Shown: piece by piece, positions 26,800 to 36,881 of the stretch
Layout of the letters: every line of letters starts with the position of its first letter
Numbering within the stretch: position 1 is the first letter of the stretch
Source: Bacilli bacterium
Lineage (GTDB): Bacteria; Bacillota_I; Bacilli_A; RFN20; CAG-826
Assembly (NCBI GenBank): GCA_044372565.1
Contig: JBILRP010000005.1
Location: forward strand, 1-63,987
Length of the DNA: 63,987 bases
Direction: 5' to 3'
Position numbers and translations under genes: made by a program
Notes under the pieces: model-generated
The model's input: only the letters and a program-made list of their open reading frames with translations
The model's database searches: none
What the model was told of the DNA's origin: nothing

Positions 26800-28775
26800 A
26801 ATCGACACTCTTGTTTATTTCGGTGTTGGGATGGTCAATCGGTTTATATAGCCAGCATCGTTTCGTGATGATCATCGCTTTAGCGATTGGGGTTTGGTTT
26901 TACCTGAAAGAACCTTCGATGATGCGATGGTGGATGATCCTCGCCTTCATTTTTTTAATGATGCAAATCATCAAACTTACGTTTACTTTTGATGAAGAAG
27001 GATTATTTTTAGTGAGAGAAAAAAGAGCAACTTGGATGATGGTTGAACAATATTTTCACCGATATTATGTCCCATTAGATCCTTTCGTTGATGTCGAGAT
27101 GGGTGACATCATCAAGATCACCGGCTCATTAGGGGAACTGAAAATCACCACCTATGAATCAATGTTCAGTTTCAAGGATTTTCTCAACCAGCGTGGGGTG
27201 GGCTTAGCGGTGACCCCAGAATCCATTGAAACCATCCTACGGTTTCCGTTTCGATTTTCCAGTATTATCCATGAGCGCATTGATTTGCTTCATCCCAATG
27301 TGCGTGATGCGGTATCGCAATGGCTATGGAATCGAAGTCATCCTGAATCCACCATGTCGGCTTGGTTAGAACAAGTCCTTGGTGTTTCCGGTTTTGGTTT
27401 TTTTCTCCTCTGGACGACATGTCAAACCATCGGTCAATGGTTCGGTAAGCCCTATCATGTCAGTGCGATCTTAATGATGTTATTTTTTCCTTTTGTCCTG
27501 ATGAATCTTCATCAATGGGGCATCATCAGGGTTTATGGGATTGCCTTGTTGCAATGGAAGTTTAATAAAACCACCATCCATGAACATAAAATGATGGTCC
27601 TTGCAATCATGTCAATCTTCAACCCTTATGTATGGATTCAACCAGGTGGGCAACTTTACCTGGTCTATCAAGCTTGGCTTGGATTGATCAAACCGATGGT
27701 TTATCGAATGCCGTCGTATCAGCGTTGGTTGATGATGACAGGAATTGCCCTCGGATGGTCATGGGTCAGCAATGGGTATATAACCATCATCCAGTCGTTG
27801 CTTTATGCACCATTGACCATGATTCAAATGGTCTTGGTTCCTGGATGGATAATGTATTTATATACGGGTTGGCTGCTACCAGGACTATCCTTTCTCACCG
27901 CCGTCATTGTTGATGTCATGTTGTGGATTCCTGTCATACCCGTGATGTATCTTGGGGAGATACCTTGGTACACGTTAAGTGTGTTGACCTTCATCTTGTT
28001 GACATTATCTTGGGTTTATACGATGCATTTAACGATCTATGTTCAGCGCTTATTGATCACCTTGTTGATCGTGGTGGTCCTCCACATCACTGGCATCGAT
28101 CATGGCTTCATTCATGAAATTCATTTTATCAATGTCGGCCAAGGGGATGCGACCTTGGTGATGTCAAAAGGCCAATCTTTATTGATTGATAGTGGCGGGG
28201 TTCTTCGCTTTGACATCAGTCATGAGGTGTTAATTCCATACTTTAAAAAACTAAGAATTAAACGATTAGATGCCGTCATCATTACCCATGATGATTTTGA
28301 CCATAATGGCGGGTTACCATCCTTGGTGAATGCCTTCCCTGTGAACCGTGTCATCGATCAACCATTTGATCCCTTCTCACTCGGGCAATGGACCATCACC
28401 AATTATCAATATTTTTTGGATGTCTTGGTCGAAGATAACGAGCGTTCGTTGATCATCGGGATTGCCAATCCAATGTGTCAGTGGTTGATCATGGGCGATG
28501 CGACAACAACAACCGAGGAATACCTGATGACGTTCTTCCCTGATCTTCAAGCCAAGTTTCTTCGCATCGGTCATCATGGGTCTTTAACTTCAACGTCCTC
28601 CGCGTTGCTTGATCAACTTCAACCAAGGGAAGCGATTATTTCCAACGGAGGAGGTAATCGTTATGGTCACCCTCACCCTCAGGTCCTTGAAAGACTTCAA
28701 GAAAGAAACATTCGCATTCGCCGAACCGATCAAGAGGGGACAATCCGTTATCAAACGTGTAAAATAGGAGTATGA
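26796..28775 (+). CDS. comEC: DNA internalisation channel protein ComEC/Rec2
   Basis: Polytopic membrane competence domain plus a C-terminal metallo-beta-lactamase domain (INVGQGDATLV, ITHDDFDHNGG, RIGHHGS). TTG start overlaps the comEA stop. Confidence 0.9.
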   Translation: MKSTLLFISVLGWSIGLYSQHRFVMIIALAIGVWFYLKEPSMMRWWMILAFIFLMMQIIKLTFTFDEEGLFLVREKRATWMMVEQYFHRYYVPLDPFVDVEMGDIIKITGSLGELKITTYESMFSFKDFLNQRGVGLAVTPESIETILRFPFRFSSIIHERIDLLHPNVRDAVSQWLWNRSHPESTMSAWLEQVLGVSGFGFFLLWTTCQTIGQWFGKPYHVSAILMMLFFPFVLMNLHQWGIIRVYGIALLQWKFNKTTIHEHKMMVLAIMSIFNPYVWIQPGGQLYLVYQAWLGLIKPMVYRMPSYQRWLMMTGIALGWSWVSNGYITIIQSLLYAPLTMIQMVLVPGWIMYLYTGWLLPGLSFLTAVIVDVMLWIPVIPVMYLGEIPWYTLSVLTFILLTLSWVYTMHLTIYVQRLLITLLIVVVLHITGIDHGFIHEIHFINVGQGDATLVMSKGQSLLIDSGGVLRFDISHEVLIPYFKKLRIKRLDAVIITHDDFDHNGGLPSLVNAFPVNRVIDQPFDPFSLGQWTITNYQYFLDVLVEDNERSLIIGIANPMCQWLIMGDATTTTEEYLMTFFPDLQAKFLRIGHHGSLTSTSSALLDQLQPREAIISNGGGNRYGHPHPQVLERLQERNIRIRRTDQEGTIRYQTCKIGV

Positions 28776-29731
28776 TTCAATTAATTTCTTCTCCCTCGTT
28801 TCAACGCATTCAACACCAATTACAATCGGTGTTGAAGACCCTTGATCCATCGACCTTGATTGAGAAAATTGATGCTTCAAGTGTTCCCATTGACGAGTGG
28901 ATGAGAGAGATTCATCAAGCAAGTTTATTTTCTTCCGCGAAAGTGACTTTAATTTATCAAGCTTCTATCTTTGGTAAATCTGGAAGAACGTCCTTAGGCA
29001 AACAACAAAGCGAATCAGACCTATTAGCGTTTCTAAGTGAAGATCACCCCGACCTTCATGTCATCTTTATATACGAAGGAGACATCGATGAACGACTTGC
29101 TGCGGTGAAAGCAATCAAGAAACATCATCAATGGACCGATTTACCTTTACCTAGCAAAGACGAATGGATTGGGTTCATGGATTCATGGCAACGTGAACTT
29201 CACGTTCAGTTATCGCCAAAGGCATCGGCAAGGTTTATCTTATCCACGTACCCTGATGTGGATCGTGCATATCAAGAATTAAAAAAATTAAGTGTCTATG
29301 GGGCAACCATTGACGAAGCAACGGTGATTGACCTAATTAAACCTAATCTTGAAGAGAATGTGTTTGAACTTACCAACCAACTGATGTCAGAGAACATTAA
29401 ACAAGCCTTAAAGATTTACCGCGATTTCACCACCCTTCAAGTGGAACCAACCTTATTAATTAGTCTTCTTGGAAAACATTTTCAATTGTTTGCCAAAGTG
29501 GTCCACCTTAGTGGCCAAGGCAAAGATAGTTACGCGATTAGCCAATTGATCAAAATTCATGAGTATCGCGTTCGCTTGATGATTCAAGGGAAAAAACGAT
29601 TTCCCTTAACACGAATTCATCGCATCCTCTTAAGTTTGGATGCCTTGGATATGACCATTAAAAAAGGCCTTCAAGATAAAGTCGAAGGCCTCAGTTGGTG
29701 GATTGTGAATTTTATCGATCCTATTTCTTAA
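28772..29731 (+). CDS. holA: DNA polymerase III delta subunit
   Basis: 319 aa in the YqeN/HolA position after comEC, with a delta-like helical C-terminus. The assignment rests mostly on synteny and length. Confidence 0.7.
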   Translation: MIQLISSPSFQRIQHQLQSVLKTLDPSTLIEKIDASSVPIDEWMREIHQASLFSSAKVTLIYQASIFGKSGRTSLGKQQSESDLLAFLSEDHPDLHVIFIYEGDIDERLAAVKAIKKHHQWTDLPLPSKDEWIGFMDSWQRELHVQLSPKASARFILSTYPDVDRAYQELKKLSVYGATIDEATVIDLIKPNLEENVFELTNQLMSENIKQALKIYRDFTTLQVEPTLLISLLGKHFQLFAKVVHLSGQGKDSYAISQLIKIHEYRVRLMIQGKKRFPLTRIHRILLSLDALDMTIKKGLQDKVEGLSWWIVNFIDPIS

Positions 29732-30575
29732 GTAAGCGTTGGTACATGCCAGGTCGTCGGTCACGAAATACGCCCCAAGAGTATCGCATTTTTTCAATCG
29801 CCTTGAGATCAAAGGATTGACTAATGATGCCCGTGGAGGTTCGATCCATTTGTTGGAGAATAACCCCTTGATGATTACTAATAAAGCTCGTGCCATAAAA
29901 GGTCATCGTGTGCTTGCCATACGTTTCAATGCCAATACGATTGCTGGCCACCACTGGAATTAAGTTTGCCGCAGCGTGACCGATCATCGTGTTTTGCCAA
30001 TGAATTTGTGAATCAATCGGCAGGGTTGGTTCTGAGCCAATCGCCGTGGGATACAGAAGAAGTTCTGCGCCTTCTAAGGCTAAAATACGAGCAACTTCTG
30101 GGAACCATTGGTCCCAGCATATTGCAACCCCAATCTTGCCAAATTGAGTTTGAAAGACTTGGAGGGGCGTATCTCCAGGGGTAAAGTAGAATTTTTCTTG
30201 ATACGATTCCCCGGTGGGAATATGCATTTTCCGGTATTGACCTAAGATTGTTCCATCGGCATCGATGATGGCAATGGAATTATAAAAGACATTCTTGGCG
30301 CGTTCAAAATAGGAAATGGGTAACACCACATGAAGGGATTTGGCCAAGCCTTGAAAATACATTAAATCTTGATTCTTTTCAAAAGGACGGGCAAGGTCAA
30401 AATGGTCGTAATTTTCGACTTGGCAAAAATATTTCCCCATGAAAAGTTCTGGAAGTAGAATAATGTTTGAACCAGCAGCAGCGGCTTTTTTGACAAGGGA
30501 GGTGGCAAGGTCGATATTCTTGTTGCGGTCTTCTGACATCGACATTTGAATGGCACTGACGGTGACCAACTTCAT
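29721..30575 (-). CDS. aguB: N-carbamoylputrescine amidase (CN-hydrolase family)
   Basis: Nitrilase-superfamily E/K/C triad context (LPELF ..., YRKMHIP, VAICWDQWFPE). I chose the ATG at 30575 (MKLVTVSAIQ), preceded by AAGGAG. Confidence 0.85.
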   Translation of the reverse strand: MKLVTVSAIQMSMSEDRNKNIDLATSLVKKAAAAGSNIILLPELFMGKYFCQVENYDHFDLARPFEKNQDLMYFQGLAKSLHVVLPISYFERAKNVFYNSIAIIDADGTILGQYRKMHIPTGESYQEKFYFTPGDTPLQVFQTQFGKIGVAICWDQWFPEVARILALEGAELLLYPTAIGSEPTLPIDSQIHWQNTMIGHAAANLIPVVASNRIGIETYGKHTMTFYGTSFISNHQGVILQQMDRTSTGIISQSFDLKAIEKMRYSWGVFRDRRPGMYQRLLKK

Positions 30576-30576
30576 G

Positions 30577-31677
30577 CTAGCGAACTCCTTTTGGGATTTG
30601 CTGGGTGATGCAGTGGATATTGCCCCCACCAAGCAAGACTTCCTTACTATCGATCATCACGATTTTACGTTTGGGGAACAATGCCGTTAACTGTTGGAGG
30701 GCAATCTCGTCGGTCTTTTGATTGAATTTTGGGACAATTAAGCCGCCATTGACAAAATAAAGGTTTAAGTATGATGCAGCCAACCGTTCATTCATCGGAC
30801 GATTTTTACTTTGTGGCAAGGGGGTTAATCCTGCCGACTCAAAATAAGTACGGTGGATAGCTTTAGGCATGACGATGGTGGATATTTTCAAAGGTTGACC
30901 TTGAAGATCGGTTTGTTGCTTCAACGCTTCCATGGTCAATTGAGATAAAGGTTGTTGGGCATCACGAGGATCGACCCCTTCTGCAAGCAAGATATGACCA
31001 GGACCAATAAAGGTAGCAACATTATCCACGTGTTCTTTGGTTTCATCATTATAGATACCACGGGGTAACCAAATCATTTTCTTCCCGCCGAGTTGTTCTA
31101 AAAGTCGATTTTCGATTTGTTTTTTGGTTAATTTAGGGTTTCGCCCTTTGTGCAACAAATTGTATTCCGTTGCCATGACCAAACCTTCACCATCGACATG
31201 AAAAGCGCCGCCTTCCATGACAAAGCCATCGGTTCGGTAACTTGGTAATTTAAATTGTTGGCTAATCAGGCCGGCAAGGGCATCATCTTGGTTCCAAGGC
31301 TGATATAACCCAAAGTCTTTGCCCCCATACGCATTAAATTCCCAGTCAATGGTCCGAAAGGAACCATCTTTGTCTCTTACAAAGGTTGGTCCAGTGTCTC
31401 GGACCCAGGCATCATCATAAGGAACCTGAAAAAATTCAATGTTTTTAATTTTAAGTTTTTGGAATTGGGACCAAATTTGAGGATGAACCCCAATCATAAC
31501 AGGCTCAAACTTAGCAATTTCTTTAGCAATCTTTAAAAAGACGTCTTGGGCTTCTTTCGCTTTGTTACGCCAAACATCTCCCCGATAAGGCATCAACATC
31601 AAGGTTGCATCATGAGCAGAAAACTCTGCTGGCATAAAATAACCATCTTTAATTGGGGTTTGAAGTTTGGTGTTCAT
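30577..31677 (-). CDS. aguA: Agmatine deiminase
   Basis: 366 aa with AWVRDTGPTFV, the C-terminal catalytic GGGNIHCITQQ and the PAD_porph family pattern. Confidence 0.9.
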   Translation of the reverse strand: MNTKLQTPIKDGYFMPAEFSAHDATLMLMPYRGDVWRNKAKEAQDVFLKIAKEIAKFEPVMIGVHPQIWSQFQKLKIKNIEFFQVPYDDAWVRDTGPTFVRDKDGSFRTIDWEFNAYGGKDFGLYQPWNQDDALAGLISQQFKLPSYRTDGFVMEGGAFHVDGEGLVMATEYNLLHKGRNPKLTKKQIENRLLEQLGGKKMIWLPRGIYNDETKEHVDNVATFIGPGHILLAEGVDPRDAQQPLSQLTMEALKQQTDLQGQPLKISTIVMPKAIHRTYFESAGLTPLPQSKNRPMNERLAASYLNLYFVNGGLIVPKFNQKTDEIALQQLTALFPKRKIVMIDSKEVLLGGGNIHCITQQIPKGVR

Positions 31678-31721
31678 TATTTATAATTTTACAACAAATG
31701 AGGGAGAAAAGTAAGAATTAT

Positions 31722-32000
31722 CTACTTACCAATCAATTTACTTTGTTGAGAAAAAAATTTCATCAAGCGTGACTTTTGTCTTGCTGCTGTTTGAGATTTT
31801 TGAATGCCATGACTGACAGATTTATCAATAAGTTTGTTTGCCATCGCCAATGAAGTGGTTGCGCCAGGAAGATCTTTCTTGGCAAGCATCGTCTTGACCT
31901 TTTTCATCGCTGTGCGCATGCTGGCTTTAAATGTAAAGTTATGGTCTTCCGCTTTCTGATTGGTAAGGATACGTTTCGTTTGTGATTGAATATTTGCCAT
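31722..32000 (-). CDS. rpsT: 30S ribosomal protein S20
   Basis: MANIQSQTKRILTNQKAE... I chose the internal ATG at 32000 rather than the track start at 32048. Confidence 0.9.
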   Translation of the reverse strand: MANIQSQTKRILTNQKAEDHNFTFKASMRTAMKKVKTMLAKKDLPGATTSLAMANKLIDKSVSHGIQKSQTAARQKSRLMKFFSQQSKLIGK

Positions 32001-32107
32001 ATAGACCTCTTTTCTTTGATATTTTACCATATCTATAAATTCTTGCAATGAAATCGATGGTTTTAATCAATAGGTTGATGATCAATGCCCTGAAAAGAAT
32101 CGAATAC

Positions 32108-32135
32108 TTGACAGAATCAAGCAGAGTGATAACAT
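32108..32135 (+). promoter_or_regulatory. Candidate sigma-A promoter of the fatty-acid synthesis cluster
   Basis: TTGACA (32108-32113), 16-nt spacer including TGa, then TAACAT (32130-32135). Confidence 0.55.
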
Positions 32136-32163
32136 AGGGTCATACATTAAAAGGAGACTTGCT

Positions 32164-32406
32164 ATGGTTTTAAATAAAATTCGTGATGTTGTTGTCAAAA
32201 AATTTAAAGTTCAACCACAAAATGTCAATGTCGGCACCCGCTTAAGAGAAGATCTTAATGTGGATTCCTTAGATGCTGTTGAATTAATCATGGAACTTGA
32301 AGATACGTTTAACGTAAAAATATCCGACGATGAAGCTCAAAAACTAAAAACCATCGGGGACATTGTTAACTTTATTCAACCTAAAGTTCAACCTAAAGTT
32401 AAGTAG
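32164..32406 (+). CDS. acpP: Acyl carrier protein
   Basis: 80 aa with the LNVDSLDAVELIMELED phosphopantetheine-attachment motif. SD is AAGGAG. Confidence 0.9.
   Translation: MVLNKIRDVVVKKFKVQPQNVNVGTRLREDLNVDSLDAVELIMELEDTFNVKISDDEAQKLKTIGDIVNFIQPKVQPKVK
32377..32400 (+). repeat. Exact 12-bp tandem duplication at the 3' end of acpP
   Basis: CAACCTAAAGTT occurs at 32377-32388 and again at 32389-32400, encoding QPKV-QPKV. Confidence 0.9.
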
Positions 32407-32414
32407 TCACATAT

Positions 32415-32882
32415 ATGGATTTTAAAAAGGTCCAAGACCTAATTAAGTATTTTGAATCGTCCAAACTGACCACCATGGCACTTGAGGATGGTACTTTTAA
32501 GATTTCCTTATCAAAACTTAAGGAATCACAACCCCCTGAAGTCAAGGCAATACCAGTTCCAGACACTAAAATATTACCGCCTAACGTCAATCCTAAAGCC
32601 CAAACAAACTCTGCAAATAAACCCACGGAAGATGTTTTATTAAAGGACGTTACCTGTCCCCTTGTCGGGACGTATTATTCGGCGAGTTCACCGACGTCTG
32701 AACCATTTGTTAAAATTGGTCAACGCGTGAACAAGGGCCAAACCATTTGTATTGTTGAAGCAATGAAAATCATGAACGAAATTGCTTCGCCTTATGCTGG
32801 CTTGGTTGAAAAAATTAATTGTAAAAATGGTGATGTTGTCGGCTTTAACCAAGTCATCATTCAATTAAGACCACAGGAGTAA
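32415..32882 (+). CDS. accB: Biotin carboxyl carrier protein of acetyl-CoA carboxylase
   Basis: C-terminal biotinyl domain with the CIVEAMKIMNEI motif. Confidence 0.9.
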   Translation: MDFKKVQDLIKYFESSKLTTMALEDGTFKISLSKLKESQPPEVKAIPVPDTKILPPNVNPKAQTNSANKPTEDVLLKDVTCPLVGTYYSASSPTSEPFVKIGQRVNKGQTICIVEAMKIMNEIASPYAGLVEKINCKNGDVVGFNQVIIQLRPQE

Positions 32883-32884
32883 TC

Positions 32885-34246
32885 ATGGCAGAAAAACTTC
32901 TCGTCGCCAACCGCGGTGAGATCGCTGTGCGGGTCATACGTGCCTGCAAAGAATTATCTATTCCTACGGTTGCAGTTTATTCAACAGCAGACTTTGACAC
33001 CATGGCAGTGAAACTTGCTGATGAAGCGATTTGCATTGGTGAGGCTCGTTCTAATAAAAGTTATCTTAATATTAATAATGTCATTAGTGCCGCATTAGCC
33101 TCTGGGGCAACGTTAATTCACCCAGGCTATGGTTTTTTATCTGAAAACGAACAATTTGCAGAAATTGTCGCAAGCTGTGGCTTAAAATTTGTTGGGCCTT
33201 CCGCAAACGCGATTCGTCAAATCGGCGACAAGGCTTCAGCGAAAGTCATTGCCAAAAAAGCTGGGGTTCCCATTATTCAAGGATCAGAAGGTATCGTTGA
33301 AAACCTTGAAGAAGGACTAGCGATTGCGAAGACAATCGGTTTTCCTGTGATGATCAAAGCGACTTCAGGTGGCGGTGGTCGCGGGATTTCCATCATCCGC
33401 TCGGAAAAAGAATTTCGTGATGTTTTTGATCGCACATCCATGGAAGCAGAAGCAAGTTTTGGTGATAAGAACCTCTATGTTGAAAAATATATCGAAAATC
33501 CACGCCATATTGAAATTCAAATTCTCTGCGACAGTTTTGGATCTTGCGTCTATTTAGGTGAACGTGATTGTTCGCTTCAACGTCGTAATCAAAAGATGGT
33601 TGAAGAAGGACCTTCACCCGTGGTGGACAGTAAACTACGCAAAAAAATGGGTGATGCTGCGGTTAAATTAGCCAAAGCAGTCGGCTATGTCAATGCCGGA
33701 ACCATTGAATTTCTTGTTGATAAGAACTTAAATTTTTATTTCATTGAAATGAACACAAGAATTCAAGTTGAACACCCTGTCACCGAATTCATTACGGGCA
33801 TTGATCTTGTCAAAGAACAAATCAAAATTGCCTTAGGCAAGAAACTACCCTTTACCCAACGAGACATTAAACTTACTGGTCATGCGATTGAATGCCGAAT
33901 TAATGCTGAAGACGTCAAGGCAAACTTTCGGCCTGCTCCAGGGAAGATTACACAGCTGATCATGCCCGGTGGCATCGGGGTTCGTATTGATACCCATATT
34001 TATCCTGGGTATGAGGTTCCACCCTTTTATGATTCGATGATTGCAAAACTAATTGTCCATGCGCCAACAAGAAAAGAAGCCATTCGAAAAATGATTGTCG
34101 CCCTCGAGCAGTTTATGGTCGATGGCATCACCACCAACATTGAATTTCATTACTCCTTGTTACATACTCAGGAATTTGTCTCGGGTAATGTCGATACTGG
34201 ATTTGTGGGGAGATTTTTAGAACGGATTAAAAACCTTAATGAGTGA
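32885..34246 (+). CDS. accC: Biotin carboxylase
   Basis: 453 aa with KLLVANRGEIAVRVIRA, ATP-grasp GGGGRG and EMNTRIQVEHPVTE. Confidence 0.95.
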   Translation: MAEKLLVANRGEIAVRVIRACKELSIPTVAVYSTADFDTMAVKLADEAICIGEARSNKSYLNINNVISAALASGATLIHPGYGFLSENEQFAEIVASCGLKFVGPSANAIRQIGDKASAKVIAKKAGVPIIQGSEGIVENLEEGLAIAKTIGFPVMIKATSGGGGRGISIIRSEKEFRDVFDRTSMEAEASFGDKNLYVEKYIENPRHIEIQILCDSFGSCVYLGERDCSLQRRNQKMVEEGPSPVVDSKLRKKMGDAAVKLAKAVGYVNAGTIEFLVDKNLNFYFIEMNTRIQVEHPVTEFITGIDLVKEQIKIALGKKLPFTQRDIKLTGHAIECRINAEDVKANFRPAPGKITQLIMPGGIGVRIDTHIYPGYEVPPFYDSMIAKLIVHAPTRKEAIRKMIVALEQFMVDGITTNIEFHYSLLHTQEFVSGNVDTGFVGRFLERIKNLNE

Positions 34247-35120
34247 TATCTTTTCTAAACAAAAACCAAAATTAAGAACCTTTCTCAAAGTTACCGAGAA
34301 ACCTGTTCCTAAAAACCAAATTGATCTTCCGGATGGTTTGTTTATTGAATGTGAACAATGTCACTCCGCGCTCTATCAAAAGGCATTGCAAGAAAATCTA
34401 TCAGTTTGCCCACATTGCCAATTTCATTTTCGATTGAATGCCAATGACCGGATTCGTTTGGTCACCGATGAAGGTAGTTTTGTTGAAATGGATGACACAG
34501 TCACCTCGAAAAACCCATTATCCATGCCTGAATATGACCAAAAGCTTAGCATTTCTAAAAAGAGTACAGGCCATCAAGAAGCATTTGTCTGTGGTCAAGC
34601 AACCATTCAAGGCAATCAAGTGGCGTTAGGCGTCCTTGACTCCTTCTTTATGATGGGATCGATGGGCTCAGTCGTGGGAGAAAAAATTACCCGGTTGATT
34701 GAATATGCAATTCAATCCTCCTTACCAGTGGTTATCTTCTCTGCCAGTGGTGGTGCCAGAATGCAAGAAGGGATTCTTTCCTTAATGCAAATGGTGAAGA
34801 CGTCTGCCGCACTTAAAAAATTAGATCAAGTCAAAGGGTTATTCATCTCCGTGTTGACGCACCCAACCACCGGAGGCGTTGCCGCGAGTTACGCGTCCTT
34901 AGGCGACATCATCGTTGCTGAACATGGGGCATTAATCGGTTTTGCTGGGGCCCGCGTGATCAAACAAACCATTCAACAGGACTTACCAGAAGGTTTTCAA
35001 ACCGCTGGGTTTCAATTGAAACATGGTCAAGTCGATTTGGTCGTCGAACGAAAAATCTTAAAGACAACCTTAATTCAACTTTTAAGATTTCACGCTAAAC
35101 AAAAGGAACAAGCGCAATGA
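34239..35120 (+). CDS. accD: Acetyl-CoA carboxylase carboxyltransferase beta subunit
   Basis: N-terminal Zn ribbon (CEQCHS...CPHCQFH) and a carboxyltransferase domain. Confidence 0.9.
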   Translation: MSDIFSKQKPKLRTFLKVTEKPVPKNQIDLPDGLFIECEQCHSALYQKALQENLSVCPHCQFHFRLNANDRIRLVTDEGSFVEMDDTVTSKNPLSMPEYDQKLSISKKSTGHQEAFVCGQATIQGNQVALGVLDSFFMMGSMGSVVGEKITRLIEYAIQSSLPVVIFSASGGARMQEGILSLMQMVKTSAALKKLDQVKGLFISVLTHPTTGGVAASYASLGDIIVAEHGALIGFAGARVIKQTIQQDLPEGFQTAGFQLKHGQVDLVVERKILKTTLIQLLRFHAKQKEQAQ

Positions 35121-35953
35121 GTAATATTGAAGAAAAAGTTTGGGAAAAAGTTCGCTTAGCGCGACATCCAAAACGACCAACTGCAAGTTTGGTGATCAAA
35201 CAATTATTTCCTGATTTTATTGAACTGCATGGTGATCGTCAATTTGGGGATGATAGTTCCTTAATTGGTGGGTTAGCCTCCTTCATGGGTCAACCGATTA
35301 CCGTCATTGCCCAAGAAAAAGGTTCAACCACTGACGAAAAAATCGCCCGTAATTTTGGCATGCCCCACCCGGAAGGTTATCGCAAGGCCTTACGTTTAAT
35401 GAAGCAAGCCGAAAAGTTTCATCGTCCGATTGTATTCATCATCGACACCCCAGGAGCATATCCTGGCATCGGTGCAGAAGAACGTGGACAAGCCCAAGCC
35501 ATTGCCTTTAATTTGTTTGAAATGATTGCCATCCAAACCCCGATGATTGGCATTGTCTTATCTGAAGGCGGATCGGGTGGGGCGCTTGCCATCGGTGTTA
35601 CCGATACGTTACTGATGTTAGAAAATAGTATCTATTCAATTATTTCCCCTGAAGGGTTCGCATCAATTTTATTCAAGGATTCAAGCAAGGCAAAACATGC
35701 AGCGTCCTTAATGAAACTAACTGCAGAAGACTTACTTTCATTTGGCATCATTGATGCGATTGTTCCAGAAGTAAAAACCGGTTTCCAAGACGACGTCCCT
35801 TTCACCCTTGCTCAGTTAAAAATCTTATTACAAAAATCATTCAAGCAACTGATGAAACTATCCACCGTGAATCTGCTTAAAAAACGCGAACAAAAGTTTA
35901 GAAATTTTGGTGTGTTTGAAGAAAAAAAGGACGTTAAAAAAGATGGAAAATAA
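35117..35953 (+). CDS. accA: Acetyl-CoA carboxylase carboxyltransferase alpha subunit
   Basis: ARHPKRP ..., IDTPGAYPGIGAEERGQ and SEGGSGGALA motifs. Confidence 0.9.
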   Translation: MSNIEEKVWEKVRLARHPKRPTASLVIKQLFPDFIELHGDRQFGDDSSLIGGLASFMGQPITVIAQEKGSTTDEKIARNFGMPHPEGYRKALRLMKQAEKFHRPIVFIIDTPGAYPGIGAEERGQAQAIAFNLFEMIAIQTPMIGIVLSEGGSGGALAIGVTDTLLMLENSIYSIISPEGFASILFKDSSKAKHAASLMKLTAEDLLSFGIIDAIVPEVKTGFQDDVPFTLAQLKILLQKSFKQLMKLSTVNLLKKREQKFRNFGVFEEKKDVKKDGK

Positions 35954-36881
35954 ACTAACAATCAAATTAATTGGCACCGGTAAATTTGTTCCTCCTGCCC
36001 TGATTACCAATGCTGATTTAGAAAAAATGGTCGATACAACCGATGAATGGATTGTGTCTCACACAGGGATTAAAACTCGCCATAAAGTGGTCAACGAAAC
36101 CACCGCTGATTTAGCTTACTTTGCAGCATTGAATGCGATTGAAAAAGCTAAATTTGATAAAGAAATCATTGATGCCATCATTGTTGCCACGATTACCCCG
36201 GACTTTGCTTCTCCAAGCATGGCAGCGGTGGTGCAAGCGAGGTTAGGCCTCAATCACCGCGACATCACATGCTTTGATGTCAACGCCGCGTGTACAGGTT
36301 TTGTGTATGCTTTACAAATTGCAGCAGCATTATTGAACAGTCCAAAGTATCGCCATATTCTCATCATTGGGGCAGAAAGTCTCACCAAGATTATGGATTA
36401 TACCGATCGTAATACATGCATTCTATTTGGCGATGGGGCAGGAGCTCTATTAATAGGTCGAGGTCAACCCCATCAAACCGTCTCTTTCTATACAGCATCC
36501 GAAGGTGATATGGAAGATGTGTTGTCGGTAAAGGACACTCTAAAAATGCAAGGTAGACGCGTCTTTAAATTTGCGATTAATGCCATTGAAAAATCGATCA
36601 ATCGATTATTGGAAATGGATGGAAGTCGTTTAGACATGATTTCCAAAATCATTCCTCATCAAGCCAATTATCGCATCGTTGAAGGCGTTGCTGATTTGAA
36701 GAACATTCCTTTAAATAAATTCTTCTTGAACCTTGAACATTATGGCAATACTTCGGCGGCATCGATTCCCATCGCTTTGGATGAATATGTCCAAGAACAA
36801 CCCCTTCGACCAGGTGACAAGCTGATGCTTGTTGGCTTTGGTGCTGGTTTAACCTGGGGTGGAGCATTGATTAATCTATGA
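35943..36881 (+). CDS. fabH: 3-oxoacyl-ACP synthase III
   Basis: TSDEWI-like TTDEWIVSHTGI, active-site NAACTGF, then HQAN and GNTSAAS. I chose the internal ATG at 35943 (MENKLTIK). Confidence 0.9.
   Translation: MENKLTIKLIGTGKFVPPALITNADLEKMVDTTDEWIVSHTGIKTRHKVVNETTADLAYFAALNAIEKAKFDKEIIDAIIVATITPDFASPSMAAVVQARLGLNHRDITCFDVNAACTGFVYALQIAAALLNSPKYRHILIIGAESLTKIMDYTDRNTCILFGDGAGALLIGRGQPHQTVSFYTASEGDMEDVLSVKDTLKMQGRRVFKFAINAIEKSINRLLEMDGSRLDMISKIIPHQANYRIVEGVADLKNIPLNKFFLNLEHYGNTSAASIPIALDEYVQEQPLRPGDKLMLVGFGAGLTWGGALINL

Noticed and set aside
27632-28117. Two alternative-frame + strand ORFs (93 and 64 aa) inside comEC
   Set aside because: They are embedded in the continuous ComEC membrane-domain frame. 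There is no evidence of a frameshift, because ComEC is intact from the N-terminus to the beta-lactamase domain.
32049-32107. Possible fatty-acid regulator operator (AATCAA-TAGG-TTGATG imperfect palindrome) upstream of the fab promoter
   Set aside because: It is only a 5/6-match short AT-rich inverted repeat, with no resemblance I can vouch for to FapR or FabT boxes. It is also compatible with chance in AT-rich DNA and with the divergent rpsT promoter region.
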